Assembly (NCBI GenBank): GCA_963760345.1
Contig: CAVXCU010000003.1
Span: forward strand, 188,387-252,386
DNA from: an uncultured Alphaproteobacteria bacterium
Lineage (GTDB): Bacteria > Pseudomonadota > Alphaproteobacteria > Micropepsales > Micropepsaceae
Direction of reading: 5' to 3'
DNA: 64,000 bases
The position numbers were made by a program, and so were the translations under genes. The notes under the pieces were generated by a model. The model saw nothing but the letters and a program-made list of their open reading frames with translations. It searched no databases and was not told where the DNA came from. Below, piece after piece: positions 28,763-38,033 of this stretch; position 1 is the stretch's first letter; every line of letters begins with the position of its first letter.

Positions 28763-28814
28763 TTGACGGCAATTTGCTTAAGTGAGCGTGAAACTCGGGC
28801 GGGGCGACAACATC

Positions 28815-29381
28815 ATGGTGCACGATCCGGCGCTTGACGCGCATGAACACAGCGAGCATGCGGAACACGCGGCCCACGAGCGCGATCCCTTCATCTCGCA
28901 GGTCTCGATCACCATCGCGGTTCTGGCCGTCGTGGCGGCGGCGGCGGGCAGCCTCGAATCAGTCGAGGCCGGGAGCGCCATCACGGAGTCGAGCGAAGCC
29001 GTGTTGTCGCAGGACCAGGCCACCGACTCGTGGACCGAATTCCAGGCCGACAGTTTGAAGCGGCACATCTATACCATCGCCGCCGATGCCGGGGGCGCGC
29101 GTGCGGCGGCCTACAAGAAGACCGCGCTGGACGAGAGCAAGAAGCAGGACAAGGTGGGCCGCGGCGCGAAGGACTACGAGGCCGAGCGCGACCGGCACAG
29201 CGCAGCCAGCGCCGCGCATGAGCGTCGGCACCATTGGCTCACGGGCTCCGCGACGATCACGGAAATCGGGATCGCCATATCGACGGTTGGCATCATCACC
29301 AAGCGCCGGCCGCTCTGGCTGGGCGCCATCGCGCTGGGGACCGTCGGTTCGGCCCTGCTGGTCGCCGCCTACGTCATGTGA
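28815..29381 (+). CDS. DUF4337-family membrane protein
   Basis: His/Glu-rich N-terminus, TIAVLA TM, D.W..FQA.S.K, IGIAI plus C-terminal TM. Confidence 0.75.
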   Translation: MVHDPALDAHEHSEHAEHAAHERDPFISQVSITIAVLAVVAAAAGSLESVEAGSAITESSEAVLSQDQATDSWTEFQADSLKRHIYTIAADAGGARAAAYKKTALDESKKQDKVGRGAKDYEAERDRHSAASAAHERRHHWLTGSATITEIGIAISTVGIITKRRPLWLGAIALGTVGSALLVAAYVM

Positions 29382-29437
29382 GGGGCCGCCGGGGGGCGAT
29401 ATCGCGTTGCCTTAAGACTCCGGACCCGGTCGCGCCG

Positions 29438-29450
29438 CAAGCTATTGATT
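29438..29450 (-). promoter_or_regulatory. IHF consensus site
   Basis: Reverse strand AATCAATAGCTTG matches WATCAANNNNTTR. Confidence 0.4.
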
Positions 29451-29576
29451 TCAGGGCGGAATTTTCCGGCGTGCCGGGTCTTGACCGGCCCATACCTCTT
29501 GTGGAACATCCGCGCGCCCGCGCCGTCCGGGCATATTTTTTGGCGGTTTCGTTGGGAAAATGGACAGGAGAAGTTG

Positions 29577-29735
29577 ATGGACAAGGGTGGAAAGAACGAA
29601 CACAAGGGCGGCAAGGTCGATATCGGCGAGCTTGAGAAGCGCGCCCGGATCGCCGAACTGCGGGCTACCGAGGTCGAGGCTCTGGTGCGTTATTATGCAG
29701 CGCAGGCGAAGTTGAAGACCCTTCGGGAAAAATGA
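29577..29735 (+). CDS. 52-aa helical hypothetical protein
   Basis: Strong RBS CAGGAG; charged amphipathic helix. Confidence 0.6.
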   Translation: MDKGGKNEHKGGKVDIGELEKRARIAELRATEVEALVRYYAAQAKLKTLREK

Positions 29736-29799
29736 GCTCCCGATGCGGCGCCGGCCTTTCTGTTCTGTTTGCGTGCGATACGACGGGTCACCCGCATAA

Positions 29800-30570
29800 A
29801 TGACCGAGCTCAAGCAAGACCGCACGCACAAATGGGACGCCGAATTCGCGGCGTTCAAGCTCGAACATCCCGAAGCGACATTCGCGCAGTATTACGCCAG
29901 CGCGGCGATGAAGAAGATCAGCGCGGGAAAGGCCCATTCCACGCTGGGCGGCAAGCTGTACGACCGCAGCGCCGACGGCGAGGGCGAGAAGGACTTCTGG
30001 GAAGCCGGCCGGAAGGCGTTCGAGCGCTACAAACGGTTCTTCGGTCTGGAATCTTCGAGCAAGGTCGTCGATTACGGGTGCGGAAGCCTCCGGCTCGGAG
30101 GCCACTTCATCAGATTTCTGGAACCGGACCATTATTTCGGTCTCGATGTGACGTCGGACTTTTTCGAGATCGGCAAAACATTGGTCGGCGAGGATCTGCT
30201 GCGTGAAAAGCGTCCGCAACTGGCTCCGATCGGCGAGGATTCGGTCACTCGCGGCGCGGCGTTCGGCGCGGATTTCGTTTTTTCGAATGCCGTGTCCTAC
30301 CACGTGCATCCGGACGAAACGGCGATGTATTTCGGAAATCTCGTCAAGCTGATGGGAAAGCCGGGCGCCGGGCTCTTTTTCGACGTCAAAATCACCGAGG
30401 AGCCCGTGCGGTTCCGGGAACGCGGCTGGGCGTGGCCGATGGAGTTTTACCTGAAGGCGCTGCAGCCGCTGAATTTCGTGAAGCTGCACGGCAGCAAGGT
30501 CGAACGGCAGAACGATGCGTCGAACGGCGAATTGCTGAAACTGGGCGTCTTGGAATTTCGACGCGGCTGA
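29800..30570 (+). CDS. Class I SAM-dependent methyltransferase (paralog 2)
   Basis: VVDYGCGSLRLG, YFGLDV; collinear with 23057-23800. Confidence 0.85.
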   Translation: MTELKQDRTHKWDAEFAAFKLEHPEATFAQYYASAAMKKISAGKAHSTLGGKLYDRSADGEGEKDFWEAGRKAFERYKRFFGLESSSKVVDYGCGSLRLGGHFIRFLEPDHYFGLDVTSDFFEIGKTLVGEDLLREKRPQLAPIGEDSVTRGAAFGADFVFSNAVSYHVHPDETAMYFGNLVKLMGKPGAGLFFDVKITEEPVRFRERGWAWPMEFYLKALQPLNFVKLHGSKVERQNDASNGELLKLGVLEFRRG

Positions 30571-30577
30571 CGCGGCG

Positions 30578-31813
30578 TTACGGCTGTTCCGGTTGGGCCG
30601 GTTGTTCCGGTTGAGCCGGTTTTTTCGTACGCACGGACGCCCGTTCGACGCGCCGTTTCAGCCGCGGGTATTTTCGCAGCAGCACCACCAGGTCCTGTGC
30701 CGCCAGCGCAAGCACGCGCATTGGCGTGTCGGCGAATATGGTGACATCGTAGGGCCGCGAATAGAGCAGCGAGTCGGCGCCAAAGACGTCGCCGGGACCG
30801 AGACGCATCGTCCGTTCGCCGGTCTTCGCCATCGCCTGTCCCGACACGATGAAAAACATCGCGGTCGCGGGCTCGCCCGCCACCACGATCGGCGTATGTT
30901 CCGCCACGATATTCGAGCGCAACATGATCAAGAGCTCGCTCATGATCTCGATATCGAGACCGGAGAACAGCTTGATCCGCGACAGCATGCTGGAAGTGAC
31001 GACGAAGTCGCGCCGGTGGATTTCGCCCATGAACCCCGAAGCGATAATGCCCACCGGCAGCGCAAAAAGGCCGAGCCCGAAGATCGCCGTGACGCCGGCA
31101 AGCAGTTTTCCCAAACCGGTGATGGGAACCTTGTCGCCATAGCCCACGGTCGTCAGCGTGACGATCGCCCAATACATGCAGTCCGGCAGATTGCCGAACA
31201 CGTTTGGCTGCACCTGGCCCTCGATGAGATACATGCATTCCGCAGACAGGCTCATGACGCACAACATCAGCAGCAGCGTACCGAAGAGTGCGCGCCGCTC
31301 GACCGACAGGACATGTATGAGCGTGGTGACCGCCGGCGAATAGCGCGCGATCTTGAACAGGCGGAAGAGGCGGAACATTCGCAATATCCGCAGATCCGCC
31401 ACGGGCACGAACAATGCGATGTAGGCCGGCGCGATCGCGACGAAGTCGATCAGCATGTAGGGCGTCAGCGCGAACCGAAAGCGCGACTTCAGCGGCCCGC
31501 TGGCGGCATAACGGGGATCTTCGCGGGCGGTCCAGAGCCGCAGCGCATATTCGACCGTGAATATCGCGACGGATACGACCTCGAAATAATCGAAATAGAC
31601 GCGATAGGCTTTTTCGAACGCGGGCAGGCTTTCCAGCGTTACCGCGACCGCGTTTGCGCTGATCAGAATGATGAGAAGGATTTCAAAGCCGATGCCGATG
31701 GGGCCGGATGCGCGTCCGGCCTCCAGAACGGTATGTGCGCGGTGGCGCAACCGCCGCCATGAATCGCGCGGGGTGGGCTTTGTTGCGGCGGCCGTTTCCG
31801 GCGGCAGGTTCAC
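30578..31813 (-). CDS. 6TM K+ channel with cNMP-binding-like domain (paralog 1; start could be 31864)
   Basis: S4 LRILRMFRLFRLFKIARY, pore TTVGYGD, C-terminal CNBD-like region. Confidence 0.88.
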   Translation of the reverse strand: MNLPPETAAATKPTPRDSWRRLRHRAHTVLEAGRASGPIGIGFEILLIILISANAVAVTLESLPAFEKAYRVYFDYFEVVSVAIFTVEYALRLWTAREDPRYAASGPLKSRFRFALTPYMLIDFVAIAPAYIALFVPVADLRILRMFRLFRLFKIARYSPAVTTLIHVLSVERRALFGTLLLMLCVMSLSAECMYLIEGQVQPNVFGNLPDCMYWAIVTLTTVGYGDKVPITGLGKLLAGVTAIFGLGLFALPVGIIASGFMGEIHRRDFVVTSSMLSRIKLFSGLDIEIMSELLIMLRSNIVAEHTPIVVAGEPATAMFFIVSGQAMAKTGERTMRLGPGDVFGADSLLYSRPYDVTIFADTPMRVLALAAQDLVVLLRKYPRLKRRVERASVRTKKPAQPEQPAQPEQP

Positions 31814-32083
31814 GTGTGGATTTTCCCCGATCGAGCCATGTGCGATTCCCCTGGATTCGGGCAATGATAGACGAGAGTTCCCGGCATATCCCTAAGATTC
31901 GCGCGTGGCCTTGCAGGGTGAGTCTAGGGGAAAGGTCTGCTGCTTGTCCCGTCAAATTATCCGGTTCGGTTAGCGGCCCCCTTGGCTCCGAATAGGCCCG
32001 TGCTTCGCTCGGGCGGGACGGTGCTTTATTATGGCGTGCGCCGGCTATATGCTCCCGGACCTGAAAGCGACGGGTATGTTTCC

Positions 32084-32275
32084 ATGAACAAGGTTATGCG
32101 CCGGCCTCTCCTGATAGCGTTGATCCTGATCGGCGTCTGCATCGGGACCTATATCGTCGGCATATTCTACAGCAAGCTGATCAACAACCCGCTCGACTTT
32201 GCCGCACTGATTTTCATCATCGCGATGTATGTGGGCGCGGCGTACCATCAGGTCCGGAACTTCGAGAAAAAATAG
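32084..32275 (+). CDS. 63-aa two-TM membrane protein
   Basis: Two hydrophobic helices, basic termini, lies in the gap between the channels. Confidence 0.6.
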   Translation: MNKVMRRPLLIALILIGVCIGTYIVGIFYSKLINNPLDFAALIFIIAMYVGAAYHQVRNFEKK

Positions 32276-32317
32276 CGGTCCGGAATTCGAAATTCGGCTT
32301 GGGGAAACACCGGCCGA

Positions 32318-33631
32318 TCAGCCGGCGCGATCCGGATCCTTCGCCTGCGGCAGCACAAGCTTGTCCAGCATGAGGTCGGCAAGCGCGCTCTTGAGCCGTA
32401 GATTCTCCGTCTCCAATTCCTCGATGCGGCGTTCCGGGCCGGGCGCGTCCGCCCCGATTTCGTTTTGCCGTTTGATCGCGCCTTCGATGCGCTCGCGGAG
32501 CAATGGGACCTTGCGCGCAAGCCTCCTGGCATCGTCGCTCGCGAGCGCCAGCAGGCGGACTTCCGAGCGGGCCGTGATCGTTCGCATGTAAGCCGCCTGA
32601 TGGTGCAATGCTTCGGGACCCACGATGTCTCCGGCCTTGAGTATCTCGTCCGTGTCGCCGCCGTCCCCTCGCGCAGTTCCCGACACGATGAAAAACACGG
32701 CGCTGGCGTTATCCCCCGCGGCCGTAAGCTGGCCGTGCTCGCGGACGATATCGGCTCTCATGGAATTGAGAACGTCGTTCAGCGCATCCGCGTCGAGCCC
32801 TTCGAACATGGGCTGATGTTTCAATATACTCCAGGTGATCGCGAAGCGGCGGCGATTGAGTCCGCTGACAAATCCGTTTGCGATGATGCCGATCGGCAGC
32901 GCGAACAACAGAAGCCCGATGACCATCGTCAGGCCGGCGATGAACTTGCCCAGCGGCGTGATGGGCACCACGTCGCCATAGCCGACGGTGGTCAGCGTGG
33001 TGATCGCCCAATACATCGCATCCGGCAGCGTTCCCAGGGCCTTGGGCTGCGCCTTGCCTTCGGCCAGATGCATGACCTCTGCGGACACGCACACCGTGGA
33101 GACGAGCAGGATTCCCGAAGCAAACAGCGCAGAGCGCTCAGCATAGAGAACGCCCAGCAAAGCGGGCAGCGCGCGGGAATAGCGTGCGAGCTTGACCAGC
33201 CGGAACAGGCGGAAGATGCGCAGCACGCGCAAATCGACCGGAAGAACGAGGCTCAGATAGCTCGGCGCGAAGGCGAGAAAGTCGACGATCATCAACGGTC
33301 GCAGGGCGAAAGATACGCGGCCCTGGACCGGTCCGCGCGCGGCGATCCGCGGATCTTCCATCGAGGACCACAGGCGCAAGACGTATTCGACCGTGTAGGC
33401 GCCGATGGAGATTTTCTCGAAGGCGGCGAAGAAGTCGTGCCAGCGCGCGTAGAAAGAGGGAATGGTTTCGAGCGCCACCGCGACAACGTTGGCGATGATC
33501 AGTGCGATCAGCAGCGTCTGGGCGATACGTCCAAGCACACTGCTCAGCTCGCCTTCTTCGAGAAGGGCGAACACCCACGCCCGCGCCCGCGACCGTGTTG
33601 TCGCGGTCGGTGTCCCCGATGTGCCGGGCAT
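32318..33631 (-). CDS. 6TM K+ channel with cNMP-binding-like domain (paralog 2)
   Basis: S4 LRVLRIFRLFRLVKLARY, pore TTVGYGD, CNBD-like region, terminal coiled coil. Confidence 0.88.
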   Translation of the reverse strand: MPGTSGTPTATTRSRARAWVFALLEEGELSSVLGRIAQTLLIALIIANVVAVALETIPSFYARWHDFFAAFEKISIGAYTVEYVLRLWSSMEDPRIAARGPVQGRVSFALRPLMIVDFLAFAPSYLSLVLPVDLRVLRIFRLFRLVKLARYSRALPALLGVLYAERSALFASGILLVSTVCVSAEVMHLAEGKAQPKALGTLPDAMYWAITTLTTVGYGDVVPITPLGKFIAGLTMVIGLLLFALPIGIIANGFVSGLNRRRFAITWSILKHQPMFEGLDADALNDVLNSMRADIVREHGQLTAAGDNASAVFFIVSGTARGDGGDTDEILKAGDIVGPEALHHQAAYMRTITARSEVRLLALASDDARRLARKVPLLRERIEGAIKRQNEIGADAPGPERRIEELETENLRLKSALADLMLDKLVLPQAKDPDRAG

Positions 33632-33830
33632 CCCAGCCTGATTCAATTTGCTCCCCCAGGAAAGCTGGCCGGTCCGGACTCGTTCATCGCTATGGCGGCC
33701 TTGGTTCCGGCCGTTATCGCGACCTGATTGGGACCCCCGGAAATCCGCTGAAGCCTTATAATGCAGCCGGGCCGGAATGTAGAGCGCGAACTCGCTGAAG
33801 CCGGTCCCGCCCGAAGGGCGTCCGCCGGGC

Positions 33831-34305
33831 CTACCAATAATCCTCCATGATCTCCTTGGCCCAAAGCGGCTCGCGGATCTCGCCGCGCGGCAGGAACCCC
33901 GACATGACCGGCTTGATATCGAGCACGGGGGTCCCGTCGATCGCGTCGAGACCTTCGAACTCGAAGCACGAGTTCTTCGACGCGCAAGAGGCGGCATACG
34001 GTCACGCCGATGCGATTGGGCCGGCCCTTGCCGCGTTGCGCGAGTATGCCGATTTTCGGCCAATCGGTGCGACCGCGCGGGTGCCGCGCGCCGGTTTGAA
34101 TCTCCCGTTCGGACACGCGGTCGAAATGAAACACGACTTCGATATGCGAAAATTCGCCCAGACCGGCGGTCGTGTCCGGTCCGAGTTGCCCGGCGTCGAG
34201 TTCGATGACGGACGGCACGCTGTCCCAACGGTCGTCGACCGGCTCCACGCGTCCGGCGCGAACCGCGCCGATCGGTTTCAGCACGATGCTTTCGGTCTTT
34301 CGCAT
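33831..34305 (-). CDS. TrmO/TsaA-like SAM-binding protein; frameshift near 33958
   Basis: PIG.V, FSHIEV, RPNRIG then GLDAIDGTPVLDIKP in another frame. Confidence 0.8.
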
Positions 34306-34496
34306 CTGTCGTGGCCTTTCAATGGGAACGATCGTCAGACGATGGTCTTAAGGTTTTGTTTACCACGCATACCGCATCGTCAATTTGTATTTGATTCGTT
34401 CTTGCGACTGCTACCGCTAGGTCTCGCGATGACGTGGGCTCCGAATTCTAGTTTATTAGGTGGGAGGCCCAAGCCCCTCATTTTTCTAGGTTTTTC

Positions 34497-34528
34497 TTGA
34501 CGGTCCCATAAAAACCCATACTATCCCA
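34497..34528 (+). promoter_or_regulatory. dcw promoter with three MraZ-type boxes
   Basis: TTGACG-N16-TACTAT overlapped by TCCCA/ACCCA/TCCCA at 10-bp spacing. Confidence 0.7.
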
Positions 34529-34614
34529 GCATGTCTTGGGGGCCTTAGAGGTCCTTGCCCATTCGTCGAGTGGGTGCCGGACGATGGCAGGACATCTAGG
34601 GGGCTGGGCGTCCA

Positions 34615-35088
34615 ATGAATGCGGCGGTGCAACCGTTCATCTCCACGGTGACGGGTACCCTCGACGGCAAGGGGCGGGTTTGCATCCCGTCCGCGTATCG
34701 CCAGATTCTGGCGACGCAAAGCATGAACGGCGTCTATGTTTGTCCGTCGTTCTACGAGCCTGCGCTCGAATGCTTCGGCGACGACGTGCTGCAGAGCTTT
34801 CACCGGCAGCAGACGTCCGACGATCCGTTCTTTTCGCCTGCCCAGGACGACAAATCCTTTGCGATCCTGTCGATGAGCCAGTTGCTCTCGTCCGACGAGA
34901 ACGGCCGGGTGCGGCTCCCCGACGAATTGATCTCGCATGCCGGTTTGCAGAACCGCGTCACCTTCGTCGGAATGGGCTGCAAGTTTCAGATCTGGGCCAC
35001 GGATCGTTTCGCGCCGGTCCAGGCCGAACGCCTGGCGCGCGCCCGCGCCGCGCGCGATGCGTTGAAGCCGAATGGGGGCGGTCTGTGA
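34615..35088 (+). CDS. mraZ: Transcriptional regulator MraZ
   Basis: DGKGRVCIP and DENGRVRLP repeats; first gene of dcw. Confidence 0.9.
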   Translation: MNAAVQPFISTVTGTLDGKGRVCIPSAYRQILATQSMNGVYVCPSFYEPALECFGDDVLQSFHRQQTSDDPFFSPAQDDKSFAILSMSQLLSSDENGRVRLPDELISHAGLQNRVTFVGMGCKFQIWATDRFAPVQAERLARARAARDALKPNGGGL

Positions 35089-36023
35089 GCGACGGCCACG
35101 TTCCCGTTCTTCTCGACGAAGTGCTGGGCGCGCTCGCGCCGCGCGACGGCGCCCGTTACATCGACGGCACGTTCGGCGGCGGGGGTTATTCCTGCGCCAT
35201 TCTCGATTCCGCCGATTGCCGCGTGTTCGGCATCGACCGCGATCCCGACGCCGTCGCGCGCGGCAGCGCGCTCGTGGCGCGCTATTCGGGGCGTCTGGCG
35301 CTCGTGCAGGGTTGTTTCTCCGAAATGGATTCGCTGCTCGAGCAGGGCGGCGAAGCGGGCAGTGACGGTGTGGTGCTCGATCTTGGCGTGTCGTCATTTC
35401 AGCTCGACGACGTTGCACGGGGTTTTTCGTTTCGCGCGGAAGGCCCCATCGACATGCGCATGAGCCGCGAAGGTGCGTCCGCTTCCGATGTCGTCAACGC
35501 GGCGGATGAAGAGACGCTGGCGAATATCCTGTTCACGCTGGGCGAGGAGCGCCATTCGCGGCGCGTGGCCCGCGCGATCGTTGCCGCGCGGCCGCTCGTC
35601 ACCACGAGCGAGCTTGCGCAGGTCGTGACGAAGGCACTCGGTCCGGCCGCCGCGCGCCAGCCGATACATCCGGCCACGCGAACCTTCCAGGCGCTGCGGC
35701 TGCATGTGAACGACGAACTGGGCGAACTCGAACGGGGATTGGCGGCGGCGGAGCGCGTGCTGCGGCCGCAAGCACGTCTCGCGGTCGTGGCGTTTCATTC
35801 GCTGGAAGACCGGATCGTCAAGCGGTTCCTGGCCGAGCGTTCGAGCGCCGCGCCGCGCGCCTCGCGCCATGTTCCCGAGCGGCGCAATTCCCGCGCTCCG
35901 ACCTTCCGTCTCGTCAATTCGCGCCCGCGCACACCGGGTCCTGCGGAAATTTCTTGTAACCCACGTTCGCGTTCGGCGCGTCTTCGCGTGGCCGAGCGCA
36001 CGTCTTGCCCTGCAATCGCCTAG
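35085..36023 (+). CDS. rsmH: 16S rRNA C1402 methyltransferase
   Basis: HVPVLL, DGTFGGGG, DLGVSS, HPATRTFQA, NPRSRSA. Confidence 0.95.
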   Translation: MSDGHVPVLLDEVLGALAPRDGARYIDGTFGGGGYSCAILDSADCRVFGIDRDPDAVARGSALVARYSGRLALVQGCFSEMDSLLEQGGEAGSDGVVLDLGVSSFQLDDVARGFSFRAEGPIDMRMSREGASASDVVNAADEETLANILFTLGEERHSRRVARAIVAARPLVTTSELAQVVTKALGPAAARQPIHPATRTFQALRLHVNDELGELERGLAAAERVLRPQARLAVVAFHSLEDRIVKRFLAERSSAAPRASRHVPERRNSRAPTFRLVNSRPRTPGPAEISCNPRSRSARLRVAERTSCPAIA

Positions 36024-36033
36024 GAGGAAGCCG

Positions 36034-36417
36034 ATGATCCGTGTCCTCAATTTCTGCTGCGTCGCCGTTTCGGCACTGGCCTGTCTCGCGCTCTATCACA
36101 CCTCGGAACAGACCCGGATCGCGCGCGTGCAACTCTCGAGCGTCGAGCGGCAAATCGGCGAGCAGCACGACGCGATGAAGGTTCTCGATGCCGATTGGCA
36201 GCGCGTCGCCGATCCTGCGCGCATCCAGCAACTGGCACAGTCCCACCTGGGATCGGCCGACGAACCGGCGGTCGAACTCGCGTCGCTCGAACTCCTGCCG
36301 CGCCGCGGCGATGCGATGCCGCTGACCGGCACGCCGCTCAGGCAGGCCAGCGTGACGGTGACGTCCGAGGCCACCGATCCTCACTTGCATCTCACCGCGC
36401 TCCACACCGGAAACTGA
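36034..36417 (+). CDS. ftsL: Cell division protein FtsL
   Basis: TM plus coiled coil between rsmH and ftsI. Confidence 0.8.
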   Translation: MIRVLNFCCVAVSALACLALYHTSEQTRIARVQLSSVERQIGEQHDAMKVLDADWQRVADPARIQQLAQSHLGSADEPAVELASLELLPRRGDAMPLTGTPLRQASVTVTSEATDPHLHLTALHTGN

Positions 36418-36419
36418 CA

Positions 36420-38033
36420 ATGGCCGCGATGGCGCCTCCGACGATTATTCAGAGGCGTATCGCCATCGCAGCCGGACTCTGCGTGATGGCGTTCGCGCTC
36501 GTCGGATTGCGCCTCGTCGACGTGATGATCCTGAAGGGGCGGGTCACCGGCGTCGCCGCGGTGGCGGCGCTGCGCCCGGAAGGCGCGCGCGCCGACATTC
36601 TGGATCGCAACGGTTTGCTGTTGGCCCGCGATTTGCCGGTGCACGATCTCTATGCCCGTCCGCATGCGTTCTGGGACGGTGACGAGGCCGCCCGCCAATT
36701 GAGCCGGGCGACCGGCAGCAGCGAGCAGCGTCTTGCCCGGGTTTTTGCCAATCCGCGCGACTATGTGCTCGTGGCGCGGCAATTGACGCCGGATGCCCAG
36801 GAGCGGGTGATGCAGCTGGGACTCCCGGGTCTCGAATTCGAACCCGCCGAGAAACGCTATTACCCGGAAGGCGACGCCGCCGTTCAGGTCATTGGAATGA
36901 CGGAGCCCGGCGGTAAGGGCATTTCCGGACTCGAACTTGGTCTCAACGACCGCCTCAGCAACGCCGACCCGGGCGCCGGAGTTGCGCTGTCGCTCGATAT
37001 GCGCGTGCAATATGCCCTGGCGCGCGAGGTCGAGGCGAGCCGCGAAGAATTCGGCGCCAAGGCCGCGGGCGGCATCGTGTTCGACGTGCGGACCGGCGAA
37101 GTGCTCGCGATGGCGTCGCTGCCGGATTCGGTCGCCGACGGTCCGCTGCCCGATGGCGTGGACCCGCGCCGCAATCGCATGGCCCAGGATCGCTACGAAC
37201 TGGGTTCGGTGTTCAAGATCTTTTCGTTCGCCCTTGCCGTCGAGGATCACACCACGCGGATGGACGAGGTCTTTCCCATCGGTAACGGCTTCCGCGTCGG
37301 CAAATATGTCATCCACGACGCCGAACACTTGCCCGCGACACTCACGGCGCGCGATGTCCTGGCGCAATCTTCGAACGCGGGCACGGCGCAGATCGCGCTT
37401 CGCTCCGGACCGGAACGCCAAAAGGCCTTTCTCGGGCGTCTTGGCCTTCTGGGGCCCGCCCATTCGGAGCTGCCGGAAAGCGCAGCCCCGCTCGCGCCGG
37501 CGCATTGGGGCGAGATCGAAACGGCGACCATCGGCTTTGGTCACGGCATCGCGGTCAGCCCGCTCGCCTTTGTCGCGGCAGCGGCCACTATAGTTAATGG
37601 CGGCCGCCGGATTGCGCCCACATTCCTCAAGCAATCGGGCGACCGGCGCGGCGAGCAAGTCATCAAGCCCGAGACAAGCGCCGAGATGCGCGAATTGTTG
37701 CGCTACGTCGTGACCGACGGCACGGGCAAGAAGGCCGATGTGCCCGGTTATGACGTGGGCGGAAAGACGGGCTCGGCCCAGAAGGTCGTCGGACGGGGCT
37801 ATAAGGCCCACGATCTGCTGACGTCCTTCTGCGCGGTATTCCCCATCTCCGATCCGCGCTATCTCGTGTTTGTCATGCTGGATGAACCGCATGGCACCAA
37901 GGAGACATCGGGATTTGCGCTGGCGGGCTATACCGCCGCGCCGCTCGCCGGACGCGTCGTCGCCCGGATCGCGCCGATGCTGGGCATGCCGACGCCGAAT
38001 GTCGTGGTCGCGCCGACCAAAGAGAATTCATAA
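36420..38033 (+). CDS. ftsI: Peptidoglycan transpeptidase PBP3
   Basis: RADILDRNG, SVFK, SSN, KTG. Confidence 0.95.
   Translation: MAAMAPPTIIQRRIAIAAGLCVMAFALVGLRLVDVMILKGRVTGVAAVAALRPEGARADILDRNGLLLARDLPVHDLYARPHAFWDGDEAARQLSRATGSSEQRLARVFANPRDYVLVARQLTPDAQERVMQLGLPGLEFEPAEKRYYPEGDAAVQVIGMTEPGGKGISGLELGLNDRLSNADPGAGVALSLDMRVQYALAREVEASREEFGAKAAGGIVFDVRTGEVLAMASLPDSVADGPLPDGVDPRRNRMAQDRYELGSVFKIFSFALAVEDHTTRMDEVFPIGNGFRVGKYVIHDAEHLPATLTARDVLAQSSNAGTAQIALRSGPERQKAFLGRLGLLGPAHSELPESAAPLAPAHWGEIETATIGFGHGIAVSPLAFVAAAATIVNGGRRIAPTFLKQSGDRRGEQVIKPETSAEMRELLRYVVTDGTGKKADVPGYDVGGKTGSAQKVVGRGYKAHDLLTSFCAVFPISDPRYLVFVMLDEPHGTKETSGFALAGYTAAPLAGRVVARIAPMLGMPTPNVVVAPTKENS

Noticed and set aside
30581-30619. 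18-bp tandem duplication encoding PAQPEQ twice at the channel 1 C-terminus
   Set aside because: Two imperfect copies in a disordered tail; no evidence of function
32318-34305. 636-aa fusion of TrmO-like region with K+ channel suggested by the ORF track
   Set aside because: The upstream extension is an off-frame read; the TrmO-like gene ends at its own TAG (33831) once the frameshift is corrected
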